From NCBI GenBank assembly GCA_030619905.1, contig JAUXAO010000001.1, positions 48,348 through 112,347 of the forward strand: a DNA stretch of 64,000 nucleotides, in the 5' to 3' direction. The translations under genes and the position numbers were made by a program. The DNA is from a bacterium (GTDB lineage Bacteria; Patescibacteriota; Minisyncoccia; Minisyncoccales; CG1-02-41-26). Shown here piece after piece: positions 18,873 to 29,285 of the stretch. Each line of letters begins with the position of its first letter. The first letter of the stretch is position 1. Below the pieces are notes generated by a model. The model was not told the origin of the DNA, did not search any database, and worked only from the letters and a program-made list of their open reading frames with translations.

Positions 18873-19166
18873 TCAAAAACGAAATAAATCAAGATATTGT
18901 TTAGAATCAACTGACTTGAAAGTTTCTTCTCTTTCCTGCCATTCTTCTAAAACATTATTTAAAAGTTTTTCATTTAATCCAAATACCTGAGATTGAAATT
19001 CTAAATCCCTCTTCTGAAGATAATATTTGTAAAATAAAACTCCTGTTAGAATTAAATCTAAAATTAAGAGAAAAAAGAGAGTTATAAAAAAATGCTTAAC
19101 CAAAATCTTGGGAATATTTAGTAAAAAATCTTTAATTTTTTTAATTTTATTTTTTTTAGGAATCAT
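18873..19166 (-). CDS. Single-TM protein at the end of the type IV pilus operon
   Basis: Overlaps the pilO-like stop codon; one TM helix. Confidence 0.65.
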   Translation of the reverse strand: MIPKKNKIKKIKDFLLNIPKILVKHFFITLFFLLILDLILTGVLFYKYYLQKRDLEFQSQVFGLNEKLLNNVLEEWQEREETFKSVDSKQYLDLFRF

Positions 19167-19732
19167 TTTTCTTTTGTATAAACCTTTAAAATAATGGAGA
19201 AGGAAACATCACCTAAAGAAAAATCTTTAAATCTTTCAAACTGAAGTTCTTTTTCTGCAATTCTTCTGACCTCTGTCATCTGAACCTCTAAAAGCCAGGG
19301 GCTTACTTGAAGTTTTTCTAAAAACTTCAGACAATTTGGGAAAGAACCTGTAAGTAAAATTTGGAATCCTATACTTTCCCAAGTATCGTTTTCTCGAGAG
19401 GTAATAATTGAAGGAGAAATTTTAATTAAAAGACCTAGATTCTTGCTCTCTTCCTCTAAGAATTGGACAAAATCAACAGGGACTTCCGCATTAAGAAATA
19501 ATTTATCAAGTTTTTCTAAATTTGACTGATAAAAAGCAGCATTCTTTTCAAAATTCTCAAATTCTTGAAATTCTCTTTCCATTGAAGTTAATGTTTTTCT
19601 CTCTAAAAGAAATTCTTGAGAATTTCTTTGAATATCTTTCATTAAAAAAATAACTAATAAAAGCATCAGGATAAAAGCTATCAGAATAATGCTAATTAAA
19701 ATAAAGAAAATTTTTCTTTTAAGAATAATCAT
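19163..19732 (-). CDS. PilO-like type IV pilus assembly protein
   Basis: TM plus coiled coil, GSFPNCLKFLEKLQ; position after pilN. Confidence 0.75.
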   Translation of the reverse strand: MIILKRKIFFILISIILIAFILMLLLVIFLMKDIQRNSQEFLLERKTLTSMEREFQEFENFEKNAAFYQSNLEKLDKLFLNAEVPVDFVQFLEEESKNLGLLIKISPSIITSRENDTWESIGFQILLTGSFPNCLKFLEKLQVSPWLLEVQMTEVRRIAEKELQFERFKDFSLGDVSFSIILKVYTKEK

Positions 19733-20286
19733 TTGATTTCAAGGGTTAAATTAAAATCAACATCTGTTGGCTCTAACCAGCTCTGGAGAGAAACATCAAC
19801 CTCTTTAAAATCATCGTTTTCGCTGAGAGCTTTTTGAAAGAGAAATAAATCTTCTCTGTTTTCGGCATAACCCCAAATATTTATTTTAAATAAATAGTCT
19901 TTCTCCTCCTCAGAAATTTCAGGTTTTTGAATAAAAAGTCGAGTAAAATAAACTTTTCGAGGAACAAGTTTTGAGAGTTCTTCTAAGATAGGTGTTATCA
20001 AAATCTGATTTTCGTAAAAGTTTTTAACCTTTGCTAATTCTTGGTTAGTTTCTTTAATTGTCTGTTTAAAGTCTTGAAATTGAGGAATTGACAGTTCTCT
20101 TTCTTTATTAAAGAGGAGTTCCTTTTGAAAATTAACCTGAGAAAAGAAATAGATTTTAAATAGAAATAAAAACAGGATTAAACAAACTAGAAAAAAGAGA
20201 CAAAAGACTCCTAAAATTAAAATCATCTTCCTGTTTTTACCGGATTCTAACTCCTTCTTCTCTTTTTCTGGTAATAAATTAATCAT
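19729..20286 (-). CDS. PilN-like type IV pilus assembly protein
   Basis: MINLLP start motif, TM, IWGYA; position after pilM. Confidence 0.85.
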   Translation of the reverse strand: MINLLPEKEKKELESGKNRKMILILGVFCLFFLVCLILFLFLFKIYFFSQVNFQKELLFNKERELSIPQFQDFKQTIKETNQELAKVKNFYENQILITPILEELSKLVPRKVYFTRLFIQKPEISEEEKDYLFKINIWGYAENREDLFLFQKALSENDDFKEVDVSLQSWLEPTDVDFNLTLEIK

Positions 20287-21346
20287 AGTTTCTTAAAGCT
20301 AAACCTAAAGCAGAAGTATAGGCCAGAGATTTTTCAAATGACAACTCTGGTACTTCTTTAACTGTTTCTTTTAAAATATTTATCCAGGGATTGCTAAGTT
20401 CTACTTTAACTTTAAGAGTTGAAGATAAAAAGCCAACTAATCCCTTAAGATTCGCCCCTCCGCCACAAAGTAAAATTCTTTCTAATTTTCTTTTATCAGT
20501 TAAGGTTTGATCTTTAGGAGCATGGGAACGATAATATTTCAAACAAGTTTTTATTTGTTCAGCCAAATCTGTTAATGGAGGAATTATTGCCTCAAAAATT
20601 TCTTTTTTCCCCTCCAATCCTTCTTTCTTTTTTAGTTTTTCAGCTTTTTCATAACTAATTTTTAAATTTTTAGAAATATTTTCGGTTAAGGCTTGAGAAG
20701 AAATAGGAATAGTAGAGGTAAACCTTAAGCTTTTCCCAAAAAAAATAATAAAACTGGTTCTTGTTTCTCCAAAATCAATTATTAAAAGTGGTCCTGTGGA
20801 AGTATTTTTTTTAATTAAAGATCTAACAATAGCTAAGGATTCAATTTCCAAGGCTATCGGTCTTAACCCTGCTTGCTCTAAAGCCTTAAAGTAAGGATCA
20901 ACTATATGTTTAGGAGTAGCAGCAATTAATATTTCTTGATATTTTTTTTGTTTAGAAATCGGCTGAATTTTTTCAAAATCAAAATAGACATCATCTAGTT
21001 TAAGGGGAATATAATTTTCGGCTTCAAATCTTACTGCATTTTCAATTTCTTCTTCATTCATAACCGGAATTTGCAAAATATCTAGAAATGATTTTTCTTC
21101 GGGTAAAGAGGAGATTACATATTTAGTTCTTATCCTTTTGCCCTTAACCTGCTTCAAACCTTTTTTAATGATCTTGGCAAGGTTTTCTATATCTTTTATT
21201 TCGCCTCCTTTAATGATTCCAGAGGGAATTCTTGTTTCTCCAAAAGAGCTTAATTTTAAGCCTTCCCCATCTTTCTCAAGTTTTATTATCTTTAAAGAGA
21301 GATCGGAAATGTCAAGCCCAAAAGATTGTGATTCTAATTTAAACAT
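20279..21346 (-). CDS. pilM: Type IV pilus assembly protein PilM
   Basis: FGLDISD, IDFG, LCGGGANL, ALGLALR actin-like motifs. Confidence 0.92.
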   Translation of the reverse strand: MFKLESQSFGLDISDLSLKIIKLEKDGEGLKLSSFGETRIPSGIIKGGEIKDIENLAKIIKKGLKQVKGKRIRTKYVISSLPEEKSFLDILQIPVMNEEEIENAVRFEAENYIPLKLDDVYFDFEKIQPISKQKKYQEILIAATPKHIVDPYFKALEQAGLRPIALEIESLAIVRSLIKKNTSTGPLLIIDFGETRTSFIIFFGKSLRFTSTIPISSQALTENISKNLKISYEKAEKLKKKEGLEGKKEIFEAIIPPLTDLAEQIKTCLKYYRSHAPKDQTLTDKRKLERILLCGGGANLKGLVGFLSSTLKVKVELSNPWINILKETVKEVPELSFEKSLAYTSALGLALRNYD

Positions 21347-21379
21347 AATAATTATTCATCATTAATAATTGATTATTAA

Positions 21380-22750
21380 TCAGTACTCTTCTTCCCAATG
21401 ATCAATGGTTATAACTGGAGAATATTCCGGATCTCTAAAAGTATCAATAATCACATCAGGATCTAGATAAATATCAATTCCGTTCCACATGCTTGATAAT
21501 CTAAATTTTCTCGAGGCAATACCTCCATGTATCTCGATAAAAGCTCCTACGCTGGAAATCTTTATTTCATCCCCAGCATAAATCAAACCGTCAATATCCA
21601 TGGCTTTATCCTCAAACCCAAGCCAACTTCCTGTAGTTATCTTTCTTCTGGCCAAAATTCCTGCCGACTTGTTTTCTTCTGGAAGTCCTGGTCTATTAAC
21701 CATAACCCGGCTTGAGCCACAGCGAAGGAAAGGATATTCCGAACTTGTCCAACAATAATCTTCCCCCATATTAATATCTCTCTCAGCAATCAAAACACCA
21801 TTAACTGTTAATATTTGACCTGCTCTTATATTGATATCACCTCTAATATATGTGACAACGTCTTCCGGCAAGGAAAGCTCCGGATAGTTTTGCCACATTA
21901 ATTTTTCGAATTCCTCCAGGGTAAAAAGACAATTCGTTTTACCATCTATTCGCAGAAAACTACAATCGCTACTCTCGGCTGCTTGAAGGTAAAAATCAAA
22001 ATCTAAAGGAGGCATTGAAACTTCAGCCGGGGGACATTCAGTGCTTGTAGCACAACCAGGTTCACATATATCCGATGAACAAGTTATTGCATTTAACTCA
22101 GAATACGAAGAAATATTAATTTGATTACCAGCTAATGCTTTATTATCTACATTCACTTTACTCCAATATTTTATATTTATATTATTATTCGAGAAAAGAC
22201 TGCCATTATAAATATTCAGAGGATCAGTAGATTTAATATAAATATTTTCACTAGAACCACCTGTAAAAATATTAAAGTCAGAAACAGGATTTCCAATTGC
22301 TTTAAATACTTTCGTTTTTACCACTCTCTGAGCAATTTTTCCGCTTGAAAAAATTATAGTTGAAGTTGAAGTAATTTCTGCCTTGGCACAACCAAGATTT
22401 TCGATTCCAACTTCATAAGATCCATTTTCAAACAAGGCCTGATTTCTTTTATAAGGAGAAATTGACCAAGAAGAACAAGTAGGGTCATCAATAGTAGGCA
22501 TGGTCTCGAAAGCATTTCTCCAATCATCATCATTTTTAAGTTTAAAAATAGCCTCTTGAATTCCTGTTTCAGCTAAATAATAAGATTTAGCAGCATATAT
22601 TTGGCTCTCAGACATTCGAGAACCGGTTAAACTGAAAGAGATAAAATAAGAGGATAAAAGAAGCATTGTTGCCAAAAGCAAAATAGTAAAGATTAAAACT
22701 GATCCATTTTTAGCCCTATTATTTTCTATTTTCTCTAATAAGTTTACCAT
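21380..22750 (-). CDS. PilX-like minor pilin / Cys-rich tip-associated protein
   Basis: NG|SVLIFTILL pilin-like N-terminus, SYYLAETGIQEA PilX motif, C-terminal WEE. Confidence 0.75.
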   Translation of the reverse strand: MVNLLEKIENNRAKNGSVLIFTILLLATMLLLSSYFISFSLTGSRMSESQIYAAKSYYLAETGIQEAIFKLKNDDDWRNAFETMPTIDDPTCSSWSISPYKRNQALFENGSYEVGIENLGCAKAEITSTSTIIFSSGKIAQRVVKTKVFKAIGNPVSDFNIFTGGSSENIYIKSTDPLNIYNGSLFSNNNINIKYWSKVNVDNKALAGNQINISSYSELNAITCSSDICEPGCATSTECPPAEVSMPPLDFDFYLQAAESSDCSFLRIDGKTNCLFTLEEFEKLMWQNYPELSLPEDVVTYIRGDINIRAGQILTVNGVLIAERDINMGEDYCWTSSEYPFLRCGSSRVMVNRPGLPEENKSAGILARRKITTGSWLGFEDKAMDIDGLIYAGDEIKISSVGAFIEIHGGIASRKFRLSSMWNGIDIYLDPDVIIDTFRDPEYSPVITIDHWEEEY

Positions 22751-22753
22751 AGA

Positions 22754-23371
22754 TTAAAAATTCCTACCAAAAAGTTTCACCTGAAGATCTAATTCTTGCC
22801 CTCTGTTTTTTAAAACTAAAGAAATATCAATTAGACCAGCTCCCCAAAATTTTAAATCGTCAATATACTCACCAATTATTTTTTCCTCTAAGTTGCAAAA
22901 AACGGGATAGACTGTTTCTTCACCTTCAATCATAGTATCGTTCCATTGGAAATAAGTATTGCAGATGAGACAAGAGTCAAAACAATATACCCGGTACTGA
23001 CGATAAATCTCCCCGGTTGAAGTAGAAAAATAATAACGAATATAATAGTAATCACTTCCCAGATGTTCATATGGGGAAGGCATATGACCATCTTGGAATT
23101 CAATTTCTAAAGAAGGAGGATTATCTGGATTATCAGCTACCTGAGGCAAAGGAGTAACTATTTCTTCGGCCTGACGAATTTCTCTGGCCATTCTTTCTAA
23201 AATCACTCTCCCGTTTTGTAAAAGCTCTGCCCTAATAGTTCCTTGGCTATAAAATCTTTGGCTAAAAGAAAATAAATTAAAAACAGCTATTGAAACCAAA
23301 ACAAAAATGGTTATAGTTATTAATATTTCAACTAATGTAAAACCTGTATTTGATCGGCGATTTGGTATCAT
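22754..23371 (-). CDS. Prepilin-type minor pilin (PilW-like)
   Basis: G|FTLVEIL cleavage/methylation motif. Confidence 0.88.
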   Translation of the reverse strand: MIPNRRSNTGFTLVEILITITIFVLVSIAVFNLFSFSQRFYSQGTIRAELLQNGRVILERMAREIRQAEEIVTPLPQVADNPDNPPSLEIEFQDGHMPSPYEHLGSDYYYIRYYFSTSTGEIYRQYRVYCFDSCLICNTYFQWNDTMIEGEETVYPVFCNLEEKIIGEYIDDLKFWGAGLIDISLVLKNRGQELDLQVKLFGRNF

Positions 23372-23377
23372 ATTGTT

Positions 23378-23782
23378 TTACTTCTCGGCAATTAAAGTGA
23401 CAAGATTCACACTTTTTCCTCTTAGTCTTAAAGGGGATTGCCATCGAACCGTAACCTCTATCTTTTTTAACCCTAAATCTAAAGTCGTGTCTGCTAAATC
23501 AGAATCTACATAAACTATCTTTATTTCCCTAGAAAACCTCTCAAATGGAGAAGGAAGAGAATCTTCAGTTTCAATGGTAACTTGAATGTCTTGATAAGCT
23601 CTGGAAATTTTCTCTTCAATTTTCTCTTGAGCTAAAAAGACGGCTTGCGTCTCCATTTGATTAAGTTTCTCAATATTTAAAGCTAAGGGAAAGACCTGCA
23701 GAACGGCAATGATTCCAATTATTAAAACTGAAATGGCAATTATTACTTCTAAAAATGTAAATCCAGTATTTATAGATTTCAT
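23378..23782 (-). CDS. Prepilin-type minor pilin (PilV-like)
   Basis: G|FTFLEVI, AQEKIEE, KKIEVTVRW. Confidence 0.88.
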   Translation of the reverse strand: MKSINTGFTFLEVIIAISVLIIGIIAVLQVFPLALNIEKLNQMETQAVFLAQEKIEEKISRAYQDIQVTIETEDSLPSPFERFSREIKIVYVDSDLADTTLDLGLKKIEVTVRWQSPLRLRGKSVNLVTLIAEK

Positions 23783-23784
23783 AT

Positions 23785-24252
23785 TTATTTTATTTTGACA
23801 AAACCAGAAGGTCTTACTTCAATAATTTTTATCTTTTCTTCGATATTAATTAAGGAAACACTACCCATTTCCTTTACTGCCCCATATGGGTTAAAAACTA
23901 CCTCATCATTGCTAAAACCTGTAATTTGATAAAAATCGACTCCTTCAGAAAGAGATTTTTCCAAAACATTTTCAGTTGTTGTTCCATACCTGATTATCTG
24001 ATATTCATTGGTAGTTGAAGAAAAGTGAATCCCGTAATTAATCTGCTCCGTAACTGATTGTTGCTGAGCATAACGGAGATCAGTAGCCAAATCACGCACA
24101 GCACCATCTAGTCGCCAGGAAGGTTGAAGTGTTCTGAGGGCAGACCAGGAAATAGTAGCAATTATTCCAATTATGGCGATAATAACTAAAAACTCAAATA
24201 GGGTAAATCCTCTTGACTTTTGACTTCTGATTTTTGATTCTTGATTTTCCAT
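23785..24252 (-). CDS. Prepilin-type minor pilin (FimT/GspH-like)
   Basis: G|FTLFEFL, DLRYAQ, VVFNPYG. Confidence 0.88.
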   Translation of the reverse strand: MENQESKIRSQKSRGFTLFEFLVIIAIIGIIATISWSALRTLQPSWRLDGAVRDLATDLRYAQQQSVTEQINYGIHFSSTTNEYQIIRYGTTTENVLEKSLSEGVDFYQITGFSNDEVVFNPYGAVKEMGSVSLINIEEKIKIIEVRPSGFVKIK

Positions 24253-25482
24253 TTATAATCCTCCCATTATGCTATATATTGGTTGAAACATTGAAACGGC
24301 AAAAAAACCAACTACTCCTCCAATAATTAAGATAAGAATTGGTTCTATAGTGGAAGATAGTTTCTGAAGAGCATCTATAACCTCTTCTTCGTAAAAATCA
24401 GCAAGGCCTTCTAAAACATCGGAAGTTTCCCCTGTTTCCTCACCAATTTCTATCATTTCTGTAACCATAGGTAAATAAAGATTTTTATATGGGCTGAGAG
24501 CTTGAGAAAGTCTCTCTCCTTTCTCTACCACTCTAGCCGTTTTCTCTAATGATTCTCTGAAATAGAAGTTTGTCAAAGTTTTGGAGGTAATTTCTAGAGC
24601 ACGGACAATCGGCACTCCTGCTTTTAAAAGAGAGCTAAGGGTTCTAAGACTTAAAGCAGAATTAGTTTGTTTGGTAATTTTAGAAATTATAGGAAGCTTT
24701 AAAATTAATCTTGACTTAAATTTTTCACCTCTTTGGCTTTTAAAATAAGTAAATAAAACAAAAATCAATGAACCTATAATTAAAATAGCAGTTACCCAAT
24801 TCTTAGTCATAAAATCAGCCAAAGCAAAAATTATCTTAGTAGTAAGAGGAAGTTCAATACTCAAATCTTCAAAAACCACTTTTAGATTTGGGATAATAAA
24901 AATGAACATAAATATACCCATTACCAGAGCTAAACCTAAAACAATTAAAGGATAAAGCATGGCTGTTTTAATTTTTGACTTTAAATTATATTCTTTTTCC
25001 ATTTGATCACTTAAAACTTTTAGTGAACTCTCCAAACTTCCTGTTTCTTCACCTACTCTTAAAGTTTCCTGGTATAAATTAGAAAAAATCTCCGGGAAAA
25101 TTCCAAGAGAGTTAGAAAGAGATTCTCCTTGAGCTATTTTTTCAGAAATTGCTTCTAAGGCTTTTTTAAATTTTTTATCTTTAGCCTGATTTGACAAAAT
25201 TTTAAAGGCTCTTGGTAAAGAAATTCCTGTTTTTACCATTATTCTTAGATTTCTGGTAAAAAATAGTTTTTCAGACAGAGAAATTCCAATAAATTTTTCA
25301 AAAAAAACTAAATTGGGAAGTTTAAATTTTCTTTTTTTCTCTGAGCCTTTTTTTTCTGCTGATATTAAAAAATATCCTTTTCGACGCAAAATTCTAGATA
25401 AATGAGAAGAACTTTGAGCGCTTAAAAAGCCTGATTCTTCTTCTCCTTTGAGATTTTTTGCTTTGTAAAAATAAATGGGCAT
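24253..25482 (-). CDS. pilC: Type IV pilus inner-membrane platform protein PilC/GspF
   Basis: Two T2SSF repeats with GEETG motifs, MLYP, IEP. Confidence 0.93.
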   Translation of the reverse strand: MPIYFYKAKNLKGEEESGFLSAQSSSHLSRILRRKGYFLISAEKKGSEKKRKFKLPNLVFFEKFIGISLSEKLFFTRNLRIMVKTGISLPRAFKILSNQAKDKKFKKALEAISEKIAQGESLSNSLGIFPEIFSNLYQETLRVGEETGSLESSLKVLSDQMEKEYNLKSKIKTAMLYPLIVLGLALVMGIFMFIFIIPNLKVVFEDLSIELPLTTKIIFALADFMTKNWVTAILIIGSLIFVLFTYFKSQRGEKFKSRLILKLPIISKITKQTNSALSLRTLSSLLKAGVPIVRALEITSKTLTNFYFRESLEKTARVVEKGERLSQALSPYKNLYLPMVTEMIEIGEETGETSDVLEGLADFYEEEVIDALQKLSSTIEPILILIIGGVVGFFAVSMFQPIYSIMGGL

Positions 25483-25493
25483 ATTTCCTCATC

Positions 25494-27242
25494 CTATTCA
25501 ATAATAACCCGCAATACTTCTTCTATTGAGGTTATACCCTGGGCTGCTTTGATAAATCCATCTTCAATCATTGATCTCATCCCTTCTTTTTGAGCTCTTA
25601 TCTGAATCTCATCACTGGTCGCCCCTTTATTTATTAGGGTCTTTATAGACTCTGAAATCCTTAAAACTTCATAAATACCAATTCTTCCTTTATAACCATC
25701 AGGAGATTCTTTTGAAGCTTTGGGACGATAAAATTCAACATCTTTAAGTCCTTTTTTACCCTTTAGTATTTTTTCTTCTCTTAAAACCTCTTCTATTCTT
25801 TTTAAGCCACAATACTTAGCCAGGTTTTTTAATTCATCTTTTTTCATCTTGTATTTTTCCTTTTCTCCGCATAATCTTCTAACTAAACGCTGGGCCAAGA
25901 TTAAATTCAAGGTAGAAGAGAGTAAAAATGGCTCCACTTTCATATCAATCAGTCTAGGAATAGTACCTGCGGCTGAGTTAGTATGCAAAGTAGAAAGAAC
26001 TAAATGGCCAGTTAAGGCAGCATTAATTGATAAAGAAGCGGTTTCTTCATCTCTGATTTCCCCGACCATAATAATATCCGGGTCTTGTCTTAAGAGAGAC
26101 CTTAATCCCGAAGCAAAGGTCAATCCAATTTTTGGATTAACTTGGGTCTGATTAATTTTAGGCATTCGATATTCAATCGGATCCTCAACTGTTGAAATGT
26201 TTACTCCCGGAGTATTTAAAATCTCCATCATTGAATATAAGGTTGTTGTTTTTCCACAACCAGTAGGACCAGTGACTAAAATCATTCCTACTGGTTTTCT
26301 TATTGCTTCTTGGACTCTTTCTAATGTTTCTTCCCATAAACCTAAGGTTTCTAAACTGTATCCGCGAGCTTTTTCCGGTAAAAGTCGCATTACTGCTTTT
26401 TCTCCATTAAAAACAGGTAAAATTGAGACTCGAACTGAATATTTGTAATCTTCTGACTCTATTTTAAAACGACCATCTTGTGGAAGTCGATGTTCATCTA
26501 ATTTTAAATTACTAAGGACTTTTATTCTGGCTACAATTCCAGATTTAGTAATTATTGGCAAGGTCATAGCATCTCTCAGAATTCCATCTATTCGATACCT
26601 GACTAAAACCTCTTTTTCCATCGGTTCAATGTGGATATCTGAAGCTCTCTGCAAAATCGCGTGTTTTAATAAAGTGTCTACAATTCTTATAATTGGCAGT
26701 TCCTGAGCTTGTTTTTCCAACTCTTGTTTTTCTTCGACTACTTCTTCATCTGGAAGTTTTTTAATACCTCCTGCTTCTTTTTTTATAATCTCTCCAAATT
26801 CTGCTTCTAAACTTTCTTGATATTGGGTAAGAACATTTTTAATACTTTTAGGAGTGGTTAACCTTGGCATAATTTTCAAGTTGGCCTTTTTTCTAATAAA
26901 CTCAATTGTTTTTAAATCTTCGGGATCAAGCATCGCTACTTCTAAATTTTTCCCTTTTTTTCTAAAGGCAACAATATTATGAGAACGAGCAATAGGTTCT
27001 GGTATAATTCTCAAAATTTCCGGTGAAATTTTCTCTTTTTCTAAGTCAACAAAGGGAACCCCTAAAATATATGCCTCTAGTCTTATCAATTTTTCTTGGG
27101 AGACTAAATTCTGAGAAATTAAAATATCTCCAATTTTTTGATTGGTTTTTTTAGCTTTCTTATAAGCTTCTTCAAACTGGTCCTCCTTAATCAAACCAGC
27201 ATCCAAAAGAAATGCCTTTAATTGTTGGGGTTCTACCCGCAT
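25494..27242 (-). CDS. pilB: Type IV pilus assembly ATPase PilB/GspE
   Basis: ASDIHIEP, GPTGCGKTT, LRQDPDIIMVGEIRD, TGHLVLSTLHTN. Confidence 0.95.
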   Translation of the reverse strand: MRVEPQQLKAFLLDAGLIKEDQFEEAYKKAKKTNQKIGDILISQNLVSQEKLIRLEAYILGVPFVDLEKEKISPEILRIIPEPIARSHNIVAFRKKGKNLEVAMLDPEDLKTIEFIRKKANLKIMPRLTTPKSIKNVLTQYQESLEAEFGEIIKKEAGGIKKLPDEEVVEEKQELEKQAQELPIIRIVDTLLKHAILQRASDIHIEPMEKEVLVRYRIDGILRDAMTLPIITKSGIVARIKVLSNLKLDEHRLPQDGRFKIESEDYKYSVRVSILPVFNGEKAVMRLLPEKARGYSLETLGLWEETLERVQEAIRKPVGMILVTGPTGCGKTTTLYSMMEILNTPGVNISTVEDPIEYRMPKINQTQVNPKIGLTFASGLRSLLRQDPDIIMVGEIRDEETASLSINAALTGHLVLSTLHTNSAAGTIPRLIDMKVEPFLLSSTLNLILAQRLVRRLCGEKEKYKMKKDELKNLAKYCGLKRIEEVLREEKILKGKKGLKDVEFYRPKASKESPDGYKGRIGIYEVLRISESIKTLINKGATSDEIQIRAQKEGMRSMIEDGFIKAAQGITSIEEVLRVIIE

Positions 27243-27252
27243 GATTTAAATT

Positions 27253-27621
27253 TTATTCTTCAAGAGCTTTTTCTATTTTCTTCACCACTTCTTCTAAAGT
27301 GTAACTTGATTTAACTAAATAAGTAGTTGCTCCCAGTTCTAATGCTTTTTGAATATCCTCTGTTTCTTCAAGGTTAGTCAAAATTATTACAGGAATATTC
27401 TTGGTTTCTTCATTTGTCTTTAGTCCTTTCAAAACCTTAAAACCATCCATTCTGGGTAAAATCAGGTCTAGCAAAATCAAATCTGGTCTTTCCTCTTTAG
27501 CTGATCTCAGACCACTTTCTCCATCTAGTGCTTTTATTACTCTATAATCTTTACTCTTTAAAATATCACCTATTGTTCTTTGAAGAGCTGATTCGTCTTC
27601 AATAAATAAGATGTTTTTCAT
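27253..27621 (-). CDS. Single-domain response regulator
   Basis: FIEDE, LILLDLILP, IPVIILTN, YLVK. Confidence 0.93.
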   Translation of the reverse strand: MKNILFIEDESALQRTIGDILKSKDYRVIKALDGESGLRSAKEERPDLILLDLILPRMDGFKVLKGLKTNEETKNIPVIILTNLEETEDIQKALELGATTYLVKSSYTLEEVVKKIEKALEE

Positions 27622-27724
27622 AGAAAATATGATGCAAACATATAAATAGTATACTAATCTACAAATTGCTAATAGTTATACAATTTACAGTATTAGTATT
27701 AAATTCGCATATCAGCATCATTCT

Positions 27725-28666
27725 TTATTTTATTGGTAATGTAAACCAAAATGTTGTACCTTTGTTTTCTTTAGATTTAAAATTAACTTTACCCTTCATT
27801 TTAGTAATAATTTCTTTAACAATATAAAGACCAAGGCCTGTTCCAATAGTTTGATATCTGAGAGCATTTTTGGCTCGAAAAAACTTTTGGAAAATATATT
27901 TTTGGTCTTCTTCTGGAATCCCAACTCCGGAATCACTGATTTCAAAGTAAATATTTTTTCCTTGTCTCCGGAGTGCAAGTTTAATATCACCTTTATTTTT
28001 TTGATAACGAATAGCATTATCCAGGAGATTTCTAAAAACTTCCTTTAAGCAAAAAGGATCAGAAAAAATCTTCGGTAACCCTTTTTCTTTTTCAAACTCT
28101 AGTGTCATATTCGAAGCCCCTAAAAGAGGTTTGAATCCTAAAATAGTTTCTTCTACTAAATTGGCCATTGAAATCATCTCTTTTCTGAGTTTGAATGTCC
28201 CTAATGAAATCCTGGAAACAGTTAAAATATTATTAATCAAATCTCCAGTTCGTTCTGTATTTTCCCTTAAAATTCTAAAATACTCTTCTTGATCTTTCTC
28301 TGTTAATTCTTCTGAAGTTAGGGCTTCCAGTGAATATTTTATATTTGTAATCGGAGATCTTAAGTGATGGGTTATTACACTAATAAATTCCATTTTTGCT
28401 CTGGCTACTTCGGCTAACTTTTCAAAACTATGCATAATAATATAATCAATAACTATTAAAACAGCACTTAAGAAAAGGACAATTAAAACTACTAACTGTG
28501 GGTCCTCTATTTGACGAGAAGCTATAAGAAAAGAAACAATAATAATAATCATTATAACAATTCCCATCAACACAAACAGGAACTGAGGGCATTGCCAAAG
28601 AGGAAGTCCATATTTTCTGCACTGAGCTCTAATATTTAATTGGTCATAAATCTTTTTGCGAATCAT
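27725..28666 (-). CDS. Sensor histidine kinase
   Basis: Two TMs, HHLRSP H-box, NLLDNAIRY, DSGVGI, GTGLGL. Confidence 0.93.
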   Translation of the reverse strand: MIRKKIYDQLNIRAQCRKYGLPLWQCPQFLFVLMGIVIMIIIIVSFLIASRQIEDPQLVVLIVLFLSAVLIVIDYIIMHSFEKLAEVARAKMEFISVITHHLRSPITNIKYSLEALTSEELTEKDQEEYFRILRENTERTGDLINNILTVSRISLGTFKLRKEMISMANLVEETILGFKPLLGASNMTLEFEKEKGLPKIFSDPFCLKEVFRNLLDNAIRYQKNKGDIKLALRRQGKNIYFEISDSGVGIPEEDQKYIFQKFFRAKNALRYQTIGTGLGLYIVKEIITKMKGKVNFKSKENKGTTFWFTLPIK

Positions 28667-28686
28667 ATATTAAATTATATCATAAA

Positions 28687-28715
28687 TTGACTTCAAGAAA
28701 AAACAAGGATATACT
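28687..28715 (+). promoter_or_regulatory. sigma70 promoter for tRNA-Pro/tRNA-Gly
   Basis: TTGACT-17 bp-TATACT, 8 nt upstream of tRNA-Pro. Confidence 0.7.
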
Positions 28716-28723
28716 TTTATAGT

Positions 28724-28794
28724 CGGGGTGTAGTGCAATGGTAGCACGAGTCCTTTGGGAGGATTTAGTCCGGGTTCGAGTCCCGGCACCCCGA
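28724..28794 (+). tRNA. tRNA-Pro(UGG)
   Basis: CGGGGTG/CACCCCG, loop TTTGGGA. Confidence 0.93.
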
Positions 28795-28800
28795 AAGATT

Positions 28801-28875
28801 GCGGGTGTCGTATAGTGGTTATTACTCGGCTCTTCCAAAGCCGTGACGAGGGTTCGATTCCCTTCACCCGCTCCA
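28801..28875 (+). tRNA. tRNA-Gly(UCC)
   Basis: GCGGGTG/CACCCGC, CGGCT-CTTCCAA-AGCCG, encoded CCA. Confidence 0.94.
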
Positions 28876-28911
28876 AAGACAAAACCCGCCTAGAGGGCGG
28901 GTTTTGTCTTT
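28875..28911. terminator. Bidirectional terminator between tRNA-Gly and HU
   Basis: AAAGACAAAACCCGCC / GGCGGGTTTTGTCTTT 16-bp inverted repeat. Confidence 0.88.
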
Positions 28912-28923
28912 CTCAACTCTTTT

Positions 28924-29205
28924 TTATTTTACTGCGTCTTTTAATCCTTTACCAGATTTAAATTTGGGAACTTTCTTGGCCGCAATTTTGATGCTAGCGC
29001 CTGTCTGAGGATTTCTTCCTATTCTGGCTTTCCTATGGGAAACAGAAAAAGTTCCGAAGCCAGTCAAAACAACATCACTGCCTTTTGCTAAAGACGATTT
29101 GATTTCGTCTAATAAAGTGTTTAAACAATCTACGGCTTCCTTTTTTGAACAACAAACTTTTTTGGCTAAAACTTCGATTAAATCTTCTTTAGTTATCCTT
29201 GCCAT
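28924..29205 (-). CDS. hup: DNA-binding protein HU
   Basis: GFGTF, ARIGRNPQTG, VPKFKSGKGLKDAVK. Confidence 0.95.
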   Translation of the reverse strand: MARITKEDLIEVLAKKVCCSKKEAVDCLNTLLDEIKSSLAKGSDVVLTGFGTFSVSHRKARIGRNPQTGASIKIAAKKVPKFKSGKGLKDAVK

Positions 29206-29285
29206 TTTTTTATTAAAAGTTATTTAAATTACTCGACCTTTCTTCTTTTTATGGCTATTATACCACATAATGACTAATCAAGCGA

